This document shows, in pieces, positions 8,306 through 16,771 of a stretch of 24,858 nt of DNA. The stretch is from positions 1,016 through 25,873 of the IMG/VR virus record IMGVR_UViG_3300029467_000015; one strand, 5' to 3'. The translations under genes were made by a program, and so were the position numbers. This stretch comes from a virus. The notes beneath the pieces were generated by a model. The model was not told the origin of the DNA. It made no database searches and saw only the letters and a program-made list of their open reading frames with translations. The number at the start of each line of letters is the position of its first letter. The stretch's first letter is position 1.

Positions 8306-9529
8306 TTATCCGATGTATTCGACGTCCAGCGACATGGCCGGCATCACGGCAGGCGTGGTGATTGCGGCCGGATAAGGCCGATAGGCAATGCCGCCCCAAT
8401 CGTAGGCCGTGATATTCTCAATTTTGGTGTATACGACGGCGCCGGGCTGGAAGATGAGCTGCATCCCGGCTTCCACCTTGGGCGGCGCCGGGAAGGTGAA
8501 TGTCGCCTGCTGGCTGGCGGCGTCATTAACCGCGGCGTTGCTGGTAGCCAGCAGCGTTGTGGTGGACCCATCCTCATTGAGGACGTACAGCGAAAGGGCA
8601 GCGCTGATGTTGTTGGCGCTCCCGCGGGCCACGGTGACGGATTTGATGGAGGCTGCCGGCGGCGGATCACCGTCTACCTGTTCTCCCCACTTCATCCGGT
8701 ATTGCCGCCAGTTAAATGTTCCCAAGGCGGCAATCTTGGCAGGATCCCCTTCCAGGAAGACGGGAGAGCCCACCGTTTTCTCCTGGGGCGTGGCTGCCGC
8801 CTGGGTGATCTCAATGAGAGGAGCGATTCCGGTTCCGTCCTGGGAAACTGTCAGATAAATGCTTTTTTCTTCCGTAGTTTCGTTGGGAGGCACTGTAACC
8901 CGGAAGGAGCCATTGTTGCCGTTGATGATGTTGGAGATGGAGATGCCGTCGTTCTCAAAGGCTTTCCAGCCCTGCCCGATTTCGCCCGGGTTGAAGTAGG
9001 AGACGACGGAGAACGCATATTGTCCGCCGGCAGCCGGGACGGAAACCGAGGAAGGAGTCACGGAGAACACCCAGGCTGAATTGTCGGGAACCCGGTCCGT
9101 GAGCGTCATGTTGATGGATACCAGCAGGCACAAATAACCGTCTTCCGGCGACGGAGGAGGAATGAAGTTCTCCGTTTCAAATTGGTAGCCGGCAAGGACG
9201 GACGTGAATCTCCATTGAGGCTGGTCGGCAAACTGCATGTACAGAGTGCCGTTCTGGTTGGTTGCCATCCAGACAGCCAGGTTTTCCTGATACCTGGCCA
9301 TTTCTTCGTAGTCCTTAAACCAGCGGTAAAAGGCAAAGGTGCGGTGTTCTACGGCAGACCCCAATCCTTCCGCAAAAGCCCTCGTGCCGTCCACCAGGGA
9401 CGTTTCAAAGACTTCCATGTCTCCGCCGAACCGGGGAGGCTCCGGCGTGGCATCCCAGAGGTTGAGGAGTTGGAGCGTGTTTCCGGCTCCGGAAACGTAC
9501 CATGCGGAGTATGGGGCCTCATAGATCAT
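8306..9529 (-). CDS. Tail structural protein with a central BACON-like (Ig-fold) domain
   Basis: 407-aa ATG ORF. Residues about 153-244 (nt 8798-9073) read FSVTPSSVSVPAAGGQYAFSVVSY...GSFRVTVPPNETTEEKSIYLTVSQ...LIEITQAA, the BACON-type pattern. The N-terminal part resembles distal-tail-protein-like sequences, but only loosely. Confidence 0.6.
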   Translation of the reverse strand: MIYEAPYSAWYVSGAGNTLQLLNLWDATPEPPRFGGDMEVFETSLVDGTRAFAEGLGSAVEHRTFAFYRWFKDYEEMARYQENLAVWMATNQNGTLYMQFADQPQWRFTSVLAGYQFETENFIPPPSPEDGYLCLLVSINMTLTDRVPDNSAWVFSVTPSSVSVPAAGGQYAFSVVSYFNPGEIGQGWKAFENDGISISNIINGNNGSFRVTVPPNETTEEKSIYLTVSQDGTGIAPLIEITQAAATPQEKTVGSPVFLEGDPAKIAALGTFNWRQYRMKWGEQVDGDPPPAASIKSVTVARGSANNISAALSLYVLNEDGSTTTLLATSNAAVNDAASQQATFTFPAPPKVEAGMQLIFQPGAVVYTKIENITAYDWGGIAYRPYPAAITTPAVMPAMSLDVEYIG

Positions 9530-9535
9530 GATCGT

Positions 9536-10066
9536 CTACAGCTTGGAATAGGCCTTCACTCCTTCCGCAATGGCTTCCGCAATGGCTTCGGGATGGTCCT
9601 TCATAAGGGCGGCATTTTCAGGATTGGTGATAAAGCCGCATTCGCACAGCACCCACGGGCAGCGCGTCCTTTTCAGGACGGCCAGCCCCGGACGGGACTG
9701 CACGGTGTTGGCCCGTCCTGGGAGCAGCCGGGCAAGAGGTTCCGCGACGCACATGGCAAGCCGGCTTCCCTTAACGCTCCCGGGATAGAAGCACACATGG
9801 GCGCCGTGAGCTTGCACATTATCCGATGAGTCACAATGCAGGGAAATCCCGAAGTCGTAGCCGCCTTCGTTGGCGGCCTTGATGGTGGCGTTCAGGTCGT
9901 CCGTGTTGTTCCGGGTCGGAAAGTCAATTACATCCACCTGGGCGCCCAGCTTTCTGAGCATAGGCGCGAGGCGTTCCGCAATCGTCGCTGCTACGGCGTG
10001 TTCTTCAAGCCTGTTTCCACGGGCTCCGGTGTTGTTGGCATGGCCTATATCAATGGCTATTTTCCT
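9536..10066 (-). CDS. N-acetylmuramoyl-L-alanine amidase (Amidase_3) endolysin, start placed at in-frame AGG 10066-10064
   Basis: The C-terminal part ISLHCDSS...CECGFITNPENAALM...AIAEGVKAY is typical Amidase_3. The family N-terminal motif KIAIDIGHANNTGARG is encoded in-frame upstream of the first ATG (9961). Between that motif and the in-frame TAA (10081-10079) there is no ATG, GTG or TTG. AAGGAG lies 7 nt upstream of the AGG. Confidence 0.8.
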   Translation of the reverse strand, partial: RKIAIDIGHANNTGARGNRLEEHAVAATIAERLAPMLRKLGAQVDVIDFPTRNNTDDLNATIKAANEGGYDFGISLHCDSSDNVQAHGAHVCFYPGSVKGSRLAMCVAEPLARLLPGRANTVQSRPGLAVLKRTRCPWVLCECGFITNPENAALMKDHPEAIAEAIAEGVKAYSKL

Positions 10067-10073
10067 GGGTATT

Positions 10074-10079
10074 CTCCTT
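10074..10079 (-). promoter_or_regulatory. Shine-Dalgarno AAGGAG of the endolysin gene
   Basis: The minus strand reads TAAAGGAGAATACCCAGGAAAATAGCC. AAGGAG is followed by 7 nt (AATACCC) and then AGG AAA ATA GCC ATT GAT. Confidence 0.6.
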
Positions 10080-10132
10080 TAATTGATTGGTTATTAATAT
10101 GTATGAACTTGTAAGAAAAACTTTACAGTTGA

Positions 10133-10384
10133 CTATTTTTCAAGCTTCCGCTCGATATTCTCTATTCTGATGGCAAGAAGCTGAATAGCCTTTGCCGTCT
10201 CTACCTGGGCCTGCGTCTGCATCGTCATCAGATCGCAAAGTCGGTCGTTGTGATGTCCCATGACATCTCCGATGTACCAGCAGGCCGCGCCACAAATGCC
10301 CAGCGAGAGCATGACGCAGGCCCAGGCGGGGAAAGCCTTGGCGAAATCGAAGAAACGTGCCGGTACTTCGGAGAGTTTGCACAT
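10133..10384 (-). CDS. Holin- or i-spanin-like small membrane protein
   Basis: 83-aa ATG ORF with one hydrophobic helix (FPAWACVMLSLGICGAACWYIG) and a C-terminal amphipathic, coiled-coil-like tail. It lies directly upstream of the endolysin. Confidence 0.45.
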   Translation of the reverse strand: MCKLSEVPARFFDFAKAFPAWACVMLSLGICGAACWYIGDVMGHHNDRLCDLMTMQTQAQVETAKAIQLLAIRIENIERKLEK

Positions 10385-10388
10385 GGTC

Positions 10389-10841
10389 TTATTTCTTGGT
10401 GGCTTGAACTACGGGCGGCGTATCCGTGGCGGGCTGGGCCTGGCTGTAGGACAGGTGGCCCGGCTCGATGATCAGGCAGGAACCGTCCTTGCAGACCTCC
10501 GTGCGGTCCGGGGTAATGTCCACGTTATGCCCGCAGCCGGAGAGGGACATTCCCAAGCCGCCAAGGATGGCCCCGGCAATAACTGCTCCGGCGGTATACA
10601 GGGCCTTTTCCCACCAGCTAGACTTGCCGGCAGCCTTAATACCGAGGTAGTCCCGGACATCCCCCAGCGCATGCCTGCCAATAATAGGCAGGGCTTGCTG
10701 CGCCAATCGCACAAACGCTGCCCGCTGCGGATCGGTTAATTCTTTCCAGGACTTCCAGCCGCCGCCGTTATCCTCGGAAACCACCTCATAAAAATCCTTG
10801 GCGATAGCCTCGGAATGATTGCATTGATCATTAGTAGTCAT
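10389..10841 (-). CDS. Membrane protein of the lysis neighbourhood
   Basis: 150-aa ATG ORF with an ATGA overlap with the upstream gene. It has a soluble N-terminal part of about 80 aa, one helix AGAVIAGAILGGLGMSLSGC containing a lipobox-like LSGC, and a Cys-containing C-terminal tail. Function is unknown. Confidence 0.5.
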   Translation of the reverse strand: MTTNDQCNHSEAIAKDFYEVVSEDNGGGWKSWKELTDPQRAAFVRLAQQALPIIGRHALGDVRDYLGIKAAGKSSWWEKALYTAGAVIAGAILGGLGMSLSGCGHNVDITPDRTEVCKDGSCLIIEPGHLSYSQAQPATDTPPVVQATKK

Positions 10842-11248
10842 ATGATTATGTTGTTATTGGTGAAGTATTTGAAAAACGACACAGCCGCGGAATCCGTGAT
10901 GATGAATTCCGGGTAGTCCGAAGCCGTGAATGTCCGGCGGCCCCCATCCGCATTAACGGCCTCAACCGTAAGGATCACCGCCTCTGTGGACTGGTAATTG
11001 TCTGCATCTCCAGTCGGCGCCTGGAATACCCAGTTGCACCGCACCCAAACCTGCGCCGCTTGCCAGTCCTCGTCCATGCCGGCGATCGCGGCCACCGCTG
11101 CTTTCAAGGCCGGGGCTTGGTCGGCGGGTATATCCGCTTGTGTATAGCAGAGGGAGAGTACAAAGCCGTTATTGTCGGGAAATCTGGCGGTCATAACAAA
11201 TTCGTTCCACCGTCCAGGCTCAGGGAACTGTAAATGTATCTCTTTCAT
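10838..11248 (-). CDS. Hypothetical protein downstream of the fibre gene
   Basis: 136-aa ATG ORF lying 4 nt after the fibre stop. No motif recognised. It may be a fibre assembly or accessory protein by position. Confidence 0.5.
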   Translation of the reverse strand: MKEIHLQFPEPGRWNEFVMTARFPDNNGFVLSLCYTQADIPADQAPALKAAVAAIAGMDEDWQAAQVWVRCNWVFQAPTGDADNYQSTEAVILTVEAVNADGGRRTFTASDYPEFIITDSAAVSFFKYFTNNNIII

Positions 11249-11252
11249 GGTG

Positions 11253-13310
11253 TTATTGTGCTAATTGGTTGATTTCTACAACAGCGGCCTCGGCGTAATG
11301 GTGGCCGACAAACGCCCACACTTGCCGGGGTTGCCCGGTCGTGTTGGCCGCCAGCGTCAGGACAACCTGGCCGCCGGACCCTATTTCTTCAGAGGATTGC
11401 GTGCACCACACAGCGGCGGGGTCATGTCCGCACATGGTATCGTTCAGCACATAGATAGCTTCGGAGAGGGTGGAAGACGCCGTCAATGTCACCTCGCCGC
11501 CAGAGGCCGGAACTTCCTGCGCAGAAGCCGTTACTTCTGGAACTGGTTTAGGCGTCACACCCTCCATTACCGTGTCCTTCATGAGGCCCCAGGAATTGGT
11601 TATGCCCAGTGAGGGTACATTGTCTATCCTTATCCCTCCCATACGGAGGCCCGCCTGATAAGTCCCGCTGACTTCGTGTGCTTTGAATTTGGTTGTAAGG
11701 CATGCTGTGTTGCCGGCGCCCCAAAAGGAGGAAGCCATATCCATTACATATTGCTTGTCCACAAACAAAGCCCAGCGATTGTAAATCTCCTGGTCATCGG
11801 GGTTGGGTGGCGTCATGGCCGCGGAGACGTAGGTAAAAGCCGGAGCCAATGCCCAAACATAATGGGAATCTACCTTGAGGGGTCCATAAAACGTTCCTCT
11901 TATCAAGGCCGACTTATTGCTCCCCAGATACCCCATAGGGTAGGTAGTGATCTGATACGCCGGCACATTGTCGCCCCCTCTCGCTCCATTGACTGTATTG
12001 TTTTGAGGGTATCTGTAATTTGCATTATCCCAGGCATAATCCACCCAGTGCACAGGATGTGCATAGCAGGACGCCAGCGGATCGGCAGTCGTAGCGTACC
12101 CTTGGGCAGTGCTGCCCAAGAGGACCGACACCTTGTCAGAGCCAAGTATCCGCCAGACGCAAGCGGCAGCATATTCGTTATTTCTATTGTTGCCCATGTA
12201 ATTGGCAAATTTCCATGATCCCGTGGATTTGCCGATAACAGAAACACCCCCTGCCGCCGTCATGGTTAACACCATATCGCACAAGTCGTTATTAAATACT
12301 CCCTTCTTCAGGGAGGCGTTAGCGGTAGCAATTGCGTAGCTTGTGCTCAACGACTGGGCTTCCGCCAAGGCAGTCACCCATGACGGAATGACGGATTCCA
12401 GAAAATAATTGGTGCGGCTCCATTGGCCGGCAGCCGTCATGGTTATCATTCCCTCATAGGAAATGGCATTCTGCCCTGTGGCGGGCAGCGGCACACGGAC
12501 TCCTTCGATTGCGGTGATCGTGGCGTCGTAGGTCTGCGGCTGCGTCCAGTTATAAGAACCGTCCGGATTAACATCCCCCGTATCTCCTTTCTCGCCACGG
12601 GGCCCTTGGGGCCCCTCCGGCCCCTCGGGTCCTTGCGGGCCGGCAGGACCCTGCGGTCCGGTTTCTCCAATGTCGCCTCTTGGTCCCTGTTCTCCGGTCG
12701 CTCCCTGAGGACCTTGAGGTCCTGCGTCGCCCCTGGGACCCTGGGGGCCTTCGGGGCCGGTTTCGCCCGGTTCCCCCTGCGGGCCTGGTGGGCCTTCGGG
12801 GCCGGCGTCTCCTTTGGGGATGGTAAACGACAACAGATAAGAGCCCGCTTCCGAGCCTTTCACGGCTTCCGCTGCGGCAGGAGTGCCAGGTTCGCCGGTA
12901 GTGACCCGGTCCACCGAAAGATTGAAATTCTCGGCGTACTTCTTGGCCTGCTCCGCGTACCAGGCGGCGCTTGACGCATTATCAAGCACCACCTGCACGC
13001 ATCCGCTTCCTTCCGGCAGCTGCACGACGACCGCACCCGCTACCGCCTGCTGCTCGTCCGGCAAGTCCGGCGTCACCCGGCCTGAGGAAACAAAGCATCC
13101 ATAGAGAAGCGGGCTTTCCTCATTGCCGTCATCCATGAAGACATCGTAGGACCACATGCCCGCGGGCACCGAGGCCCACGAAATCACGCCGTTGCCCTCG
13201 TCGTCACGGGAAAAGCCGAACTCGGCGATACCCGTCTTGAGGCGAACGGCTCCGCGCAGGGTGACGCCGCCCATATCGACGGGATCCCCCTGGAAATCCA
13301 CCACGCGCAC
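11253..13310 (-). CDS. Tail fibre with a collagen-like GXY region and a BACON-like C-terminal domain
   Basis: 685 aa from GTG 13310. An in-frame AGG at 13370 would add [20 protein letters not shown]. About 26 consecutive G-X-Y triplets are present. The C-terminus [21 protein letters not shown]...[21 protein letters not shown]...VVEINQ is BACON-like. Confidence 0.75.
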   Translation of the reverse strand: MRVVDFQGDPVDMGGVTLRGAVRLKTGIAEFGFSRDDEGNGVISWASVPAGMWSYDVFMDDGNEESPLLYGCFVSSGRVTPDLPDEQQAVAGAVVVQLPEGSGCVQVVLDNASSAAWYAEQAKKYAENFNLSVDRVTTGEPGTPAAAEAVKGSEAGSYLLSFTIPKGDAGPEGPPGPQGEPGETGPEGPQGPRGDAGPQGPQGATGEQGPRGDIGETGPQGPAGPQGPEGPEGPQGPRGEKGDTGDVNPDGSYNWTQPQTYDATITAIEGVRVPLPATGQNAISYEGMITMTAAGQWSRTNYFLESVIPSWVTALAEAQSLSTSYAIATANASLKKGVFNNDLCDMVLTMTAAGGVSVIGKSTGSWKFANYMGNNRNNEYAAACVWRILGSDKVSVLLGSTAQGYATTADPLASCYAHPVHWVDYAWDNANYRYPQNNTVNGARGGDNVPAYQITTYPMGYLGSNKSALIRGTFYGPLKVDSHYVWALAPAFTYVSAAMTPPNPDDQEIYNRWALFVDKQYVMDMASSFWGAGNTACLTTKFKAHEVSGTYQAGLRMGGIRIDNVPSLGITNSWGLMKDTVMEGVTPKPVPEVTASAQEVPASGGEVTLTASSTLSEAIYVLNDTMCGHDPAAVWCTQSSEEIGSGGQVVLTLAANTTGQPRQVWAFVGHHYAEAAVVEINQLAQ
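12573..12812 (-). repeat. Collagen-like Gly-X-Y triplet repeat coding region
   Basis: Fibre residues 167-246: [80 protein letters not shown]. Confidence 0.9.
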
Positions 13311-13417
13311 TACCAGTGACTGGTTGAGCCCCGTGACTGTCCGTATATCGTATTTGCCTGCCTGCTGCCTGGGAAAAAAAGGGGATGCGGGGGCGCGCGG
13401 CCCCCTGGTGAAACACG

Positions 13418-14068
13418 TCAGGAGCCCGGGACCGGCGTCACGTCCTGCACATTGGAGGGCGTGAACTGGTACTGGCCGCGGTAATCCATTTCGAACTCGA
13501 ACTGGGGCGAAGCAATCGCCGTGGTGTGCTCGGGGTCCTGCAGCAGGCGCAAAGCGCCATGCGCGGTTCCGACCAAATAGATCGTACCCACGTCATTCTG
13601 ATACCAGAAATGAAGATACCCTTCGATCTTGTTGTCGCCTCCGTGTCCGACGGTGGTCGATTCCTCGCCGTTGGCGGGGGCGGCTCCCAGAGCGAACGCC
13701 AGTTGGAAATATTCCGGGGACATGTCCGGCGTGGTGAACGTCAACCGCTTGCCGGTCGTGGTGTTCTTTCGCTGCTGCCGGTAGCCGAGATTGCCGCCGT
13801 AAAAGCGCGTTACTTCCCCTTCGACCTGTGTGGCGACGGATTGGAAAGCCCCCAAAAGCCCGAAACTCACCCAGGGCTGTTCAGGCCCGGCTGTCGGATC
13901 GGCGGGCGGAGCCGTGGGAGGCGTCGGAAACTGGTCCGGCCCGGTGACGTAGGAAGCTCCCCCGTCTTCGGTCACCTTGATGCCGTCGGGGAGGAAAATC
14001 GCCAGAACGCCAGTAATCTGCGGCGTGACGTTGCGGTTAGAAAAGGTGGGATCGTATGTAGTAGCCCT
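13418..14068 (-). CDS. Major-tail/tube-like protein, start placed at in-frame AGG 14068-14066
   Basis: The first canonical start is GTG 13975. The frame is open upstream and reads (AGG)[30 protein letters not shown], beginning 14 nt after the upstream stop (14085-14083). Function is inferred from position and size only. Confidence 0.5.
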   Translation of the reverse strand, partial: RATTYDPTFSNRNVTPQITGVLAIFLPDGIKVTEDGGASYVTGPDQFPTPPTAPPADPTAGPEQPWVSFGLLGAFQSVATQVEGEVTRFYGGNLGYRQQRKNTTTGKRLTFTTPDMSPEYFQLAFALGAAPANGEESTTVGHGGDNKIEGYLHFWYQNDVGTIYLVGTAHGALRLLQDPEHTTAIASPQFEFEMDYRGQYQFTPSNVQDVTPVPGS

Positions 14069-14082
14069 GATGCTGGAAATGA

Positions 14083-14280
14083 TTAGTAAATGATGGATGC
14101 CTTGCCGTCGGCTTCCAGTTTATCGGCGAGTTCTTTTGTAGCACGGATGCGCGCCCCTTTCAAGAAGGTTGAGCGCCCTATCCTCACTTCTTTGGCGAGG
14201 ATGAGGATATTCGTGTCGATGACGGCGGCCTGCTCCGTCTTCTTCTCCGGTTCGGTGTTGGATGTAGTTGCTTTGCTCAT
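14083..14280 (-). CDS. Small hypothetical virion-module protein
   Basis: 65-aa ATG ORF with an ATGA overlap with the upstream gene. Confidence 0.5.
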   Translation of the reverse strand: MSKATTSNTEPEKKTEQAAVIDTNILILAKEVRIGRSTFLKGARIRATKELADKLEADGKASIIY

Positions 14281-14474
14281 TTGATGTCAACAAGGTTGAG
14301 GGTTGCCAGAGCTTCCGCGACGGGCGCGGGAAGTTCCAGGGTATCGGTTTTCATGAAGAGGCTGATGACCAGCCCTCCATCCAGTTCTGTTTTCGTGCTG
14401 ACGACGCGGACGGTCACCTTGTCCTGGTGATCCCCCTGGTCTTTTTGCTGTTTATTTTTTGGCGTTCTGCTCAT
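14277..14474 (-). CDS. Small hypothetical virion-module protein
   Basis: 65-aa ATG ORF overlapping the upstream gene end by 23 nt. Confidence 0.5.
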   Translation of the reverse strand: MSRTPKNKQQKDQGDHQDKVTVRVVSTKTELDGGLVISLFMKTDTLELPAPVAEALATLNLVDIK

Positions 14475-14982
14475 GGAATTCCGTTTTGGTTCGTATGTTG
14501 ATATTGATCGGGACGCGGTAGTCCACGGTCAAGACGTTCATTTGCCTCTTCTCTCCGTCGATAATCCCGGAAGAGGCAAAGCGCCCCTTGATCTTGGGCT
14601 TCATCATGGCGGGCGCGGGAAACGGAAGTGGATTCCAGTTCCACAGGGCATGCTCAATCACGTCGCCCACGGCGCGCAAATAGTAGGCCGGCGTCAGGCA
14701 TTCCTCCGGGAACAGGGCAGCGTTGTGATAGATGGCTACAATAATGAAATACTGCCTCCACATGGTAGGTTCCGCCGTCTGCCCGTGTCCGTCCTGGTAT
14801 TCATCCGCATCCCCGGGACACACCAGCACCACGCCGTTATTCCCCATTGCAGACATGATGATGTCATTGGCGGCATACTCCGGATCAAAGGGCGCGTCAA
14901 AGATGTGGCAGCTCAATTCCTTGCTGCTTTTGAGCCGCTCAATGATGCGGCAGCTCATGGTCTGGTCAATGGAGGGGATCAT
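14452..14982 (-). CDS. Neck/tail-completion candidate (176 aa)
   Basis: ATG at 14982 forms an ATGA overlap with the stop of the upstream gene. The longer track ORF (to 15087) would overlap that gene by about 100 nt. Confidence 0.55.
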   Translation of the reverse strand: MIPSIDQTMSCRIIERLKSSKELSCHIFDAPFDPEYAANDIIMSAMGNNGVVLVCPGDADEYQDGHGQTAEPTMWRQYFIIVAIYHNAALFPEECLTPAYYLRAVGDVIEHALWNWNPLPFPAPAMMKPKIKGRFASSGIIDGEKRQMNVLTVDYRVPININIRTKTEFHEQNAKK

Positions 14983-15644
14983 GATTCGTTTCCGATTTGG
15001 GTGAGGTATGTTTCCGCGGCGCGCTGCGCCATTTGGTCCATCGTCGGCAGGATGCCAGGAGTAGGAGCAATCGTTACTTCCCGGCACAGGATATAGAGGA
15101 CGTCTCCTGTTTTCGTTCCTTTGCTGAAAAGCTTGCGGGCCGCTTTCTTCCCGGTGGAGGACTGGGCTGTCTTGAGAATCAGGACACCGGTTACATTTCC
15201 ATTCCGTCCTCCATTTTTGGAGGGGATGAATTGCAAGTCCTCTTTGCGGAAGCCTGCGCTGTAAATGCTTCGGGTCCCTCCATGCCCTCGTGGCGCGTTG
15301 ATGGTGGGGATGGCGAGGTTCTGAATCGGCTTGCCGGTGACTTCCGAAGTGCGTCCGGTGGGCCGCAGCGGGCCGCCCAGGTAGCCCTGCGTGCCTATCC
15401 AGTGCAGGCCGATGCCGCGCCAGGCAATGGAGACGCTGACGCCTTCGGCGGTTTCTTCCATGCTGGTGGCGTCCGCCGCGGCGTCGTAGTAGTCCTTGCC
15501 CTGCTGGCGCAAGGTTTGCTGAATCATCAGACTGAGGGCAACGCCCGCCTTGCGGATGGCGGTCTTGTGCAGGGCGGCGGACGGCGCCATGTCGGCAAAC
15601 GCGCGGTTAATCGCGGATTGGTCGATGTGGACGGTTACAGCCAT
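14979..15644 (-). CDS. Neck/virion-morphogenesis candidate (221 aa)
   Basis: ATG at 15644 (MAVTVHIDQSAINRAF) overlaps the upstream stop by 10 nt. The track ORF extension to 15821 lies inside the upstream gene. Confidence 0.55.
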   Translation of the reverse strand: MAVTVHIDQSAINRAFADMAPSAALHKTAIRKAGVALSLMIQQTLRQQGKDYYDAAADATSMEETAEGVSVSIAWRGIGLHWIGTQGYLGGPLRPTGRTSEVTGKPIQNLAIPTINAPRGHGGTRSIYSAGFRKEDLQFIPSKNGGRNGNVTGVLILKTAQSSTGKKAARKLFSKGTKTGDVLYILCREVTIAPTPGILPTMDQMAQRAAETYLTQIGNES

Positions 15645-16771
15645 TTGACGGGTAAAACGTAAGGGGTTGACAGTTCCACATTGAGGGCTCCGGCGACGTC
15701 TTCCACTTTCCTGACGTGCCCGGAGGTAATGGGATAGGTGAATTCCCCCTCTTCCTTTGGGGAAACGGGGATATACTGGCGGGAGGACGCGGCGGCCACG
15801 TCTGCGGGCCGGGCGTACCAATCACCTTCCGGCTCGGAAGCCAGACGGTCCAGCAGACGGTCCAGGTAGAGGGCCGCCAGCGTTCCGGCCACGGCTCCCC
15901 CGGCTGCCGCCAGGCTGAAGGCCTGGGCCTGGCGCAAGGGGATCTCTTCCGGGAAATCCCCGGACAGGACGTCCGCCAGTTCCGCGTCCGTGTAAGGGCG
16001 CGTGCCGTTCGGGTCCGTGTAGGCAAAGGTGGTATTGCCGTCGTTCCCGGTCTTGACGCGCACGGCGTCTTTCAGGATGCGGCGGATCTTGTTCCTGTTG
16101 GATTCCGTCACGCCTTTGGCGTTGCTTTCCAAGGTTGCGTTGAAGCTGGGGGGAGCGGGACGGACGCGCGACACGGCCAGCCCGGCCGCGCGGGCTTCTT
16201 CGGCGCCCACGGGGGCAATGTTCATGCCGGACAGGTAGTCAAAGGGCGGGTAAGGCGTGCCAAAGCGCGAAAGGCGGATCCAGATATCGGAGGCCGCCAG
16301 CGCATAGCCGACGATTTCCCCGCGGATGAAGCCGGATGATACCGCTTCCGTGGCTTCTTCTTCCAGCCCGGCCCGGGCACGGTTCCAGCGTTCGGCCCAA
16401 TAGCGCGGGTCTTCCCGCCCCTGGGAGCGGTAAAATTTGAAGGCGGCCGTGTCTTCGTCCTGCATCCAGTTATACCAGTTCCGGTAACCGTGCGCCATGG
16501 CCGCATTGGTTTCCATGACGACCTGGATGCGGAGCCAGGATGACAAATCCTGAATGCCGCCCTGCCCCGTTGCCGGCGGTCGGTAGCCCTGCTGGCGCAG
16601 GGTTTCGCGGATGGACTGCTGCGCCTCTTCATAGCTCAGGGCGCCGGAGGCGACCTTCCCCGCCTTTTCCTCAAAGTCGGACAGGATAACGCCGGGCTCC
16701 ACGCCGGACACGAAAAAGGCGCGTTCGGCGTAGTCGTTGGCGATCATCTCCATCTGGGCGGCGGTCATCAT
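15635..16771 (-). CDS. 378-aa virion-module protein with weak resemblance to Mu F / SPP1 gp7 head-morphogenesis proteins
   Basis: ATG at 16771 (MMTAAQMEMIANDY) forms an ATGA overlap with the upstream stop. The segment LRIQVVMETNAAMAHGYRNWYNW loosely resembles the conserved RTE...A.N.G region of that family. Confidence in the family assignment is low. Confidence 0.55.
   Translation of the reverse strand: MMTAAQMEMIANDYAERAFFVSGVEPGVILSDFEEKAGKVASGALSYEEAQQSIRETLRQQGYRPPATGQGGIQDLSSWLRIQVVMETNAAMAHGYRNWYNWMQDEDTAAFKFYRSQGREDPRYWAERWNRARAGLEEEATEAVSSGFIRGEIVGYALAASDIWIRLSRFGTPYPPFDYLSGMNIAPVGAEEARAAGLAVSRVRPAPPSFNATLESNAKGVTESNRNKIRRILKDAVRVKTGNDGNTTFAYTDPNGTRPYTDAELADVLSGDFPEEIPLRQAQAFSLAAAGGAVAGTLAALYLDRLLDRLASEPEGDWYARPADVAAASSRQYIPVSPKEEGEFTYPITSGHVRKVEDVAGALNVELSTPYVLPVKWL

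Noticed and set aside
7772-9079. Long plus-strand ORFs antisense to the structural genes. Examples are 7772-9079 (435 aa), 17177-18298 (373 aa), 18660-19433, 14473-15096 and 2584-3222.
   Set aside because: They lie entirely opposite well-supported minus-strand genes. They have R/G/P/H-rich compositions typical of antisense frames in high-GC DNA, and no recognisable motifs.
12573-12812. Two RGD tripeptides in the collagen-like region as integrin-binding motifs.
   Set aside because: R and D are frequent X/Y residues in GXY repeats, so G-P-R-G-D arises easily by chance. There is no further support.
11253-13310. A diversity-generating retroelement targeting the fibre or BACON C-termini.
   Set aside because: The window contains no reverse transcriptase gene and no template/variable repeat pair that I could see.
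13374-13405. GC hairpin GGGGGC-5nt-GCCCCC plus a T7 run between the tube-like and fibre genes, considered as an intrinsic terminator.
   Set aside because: The U-tract is separated from the stem by 8 nt (GCAUCCCC), so it is not a canonical terminator. It may still influence fibre-gene expression, and it lies just upstream of the AGG at 13370.
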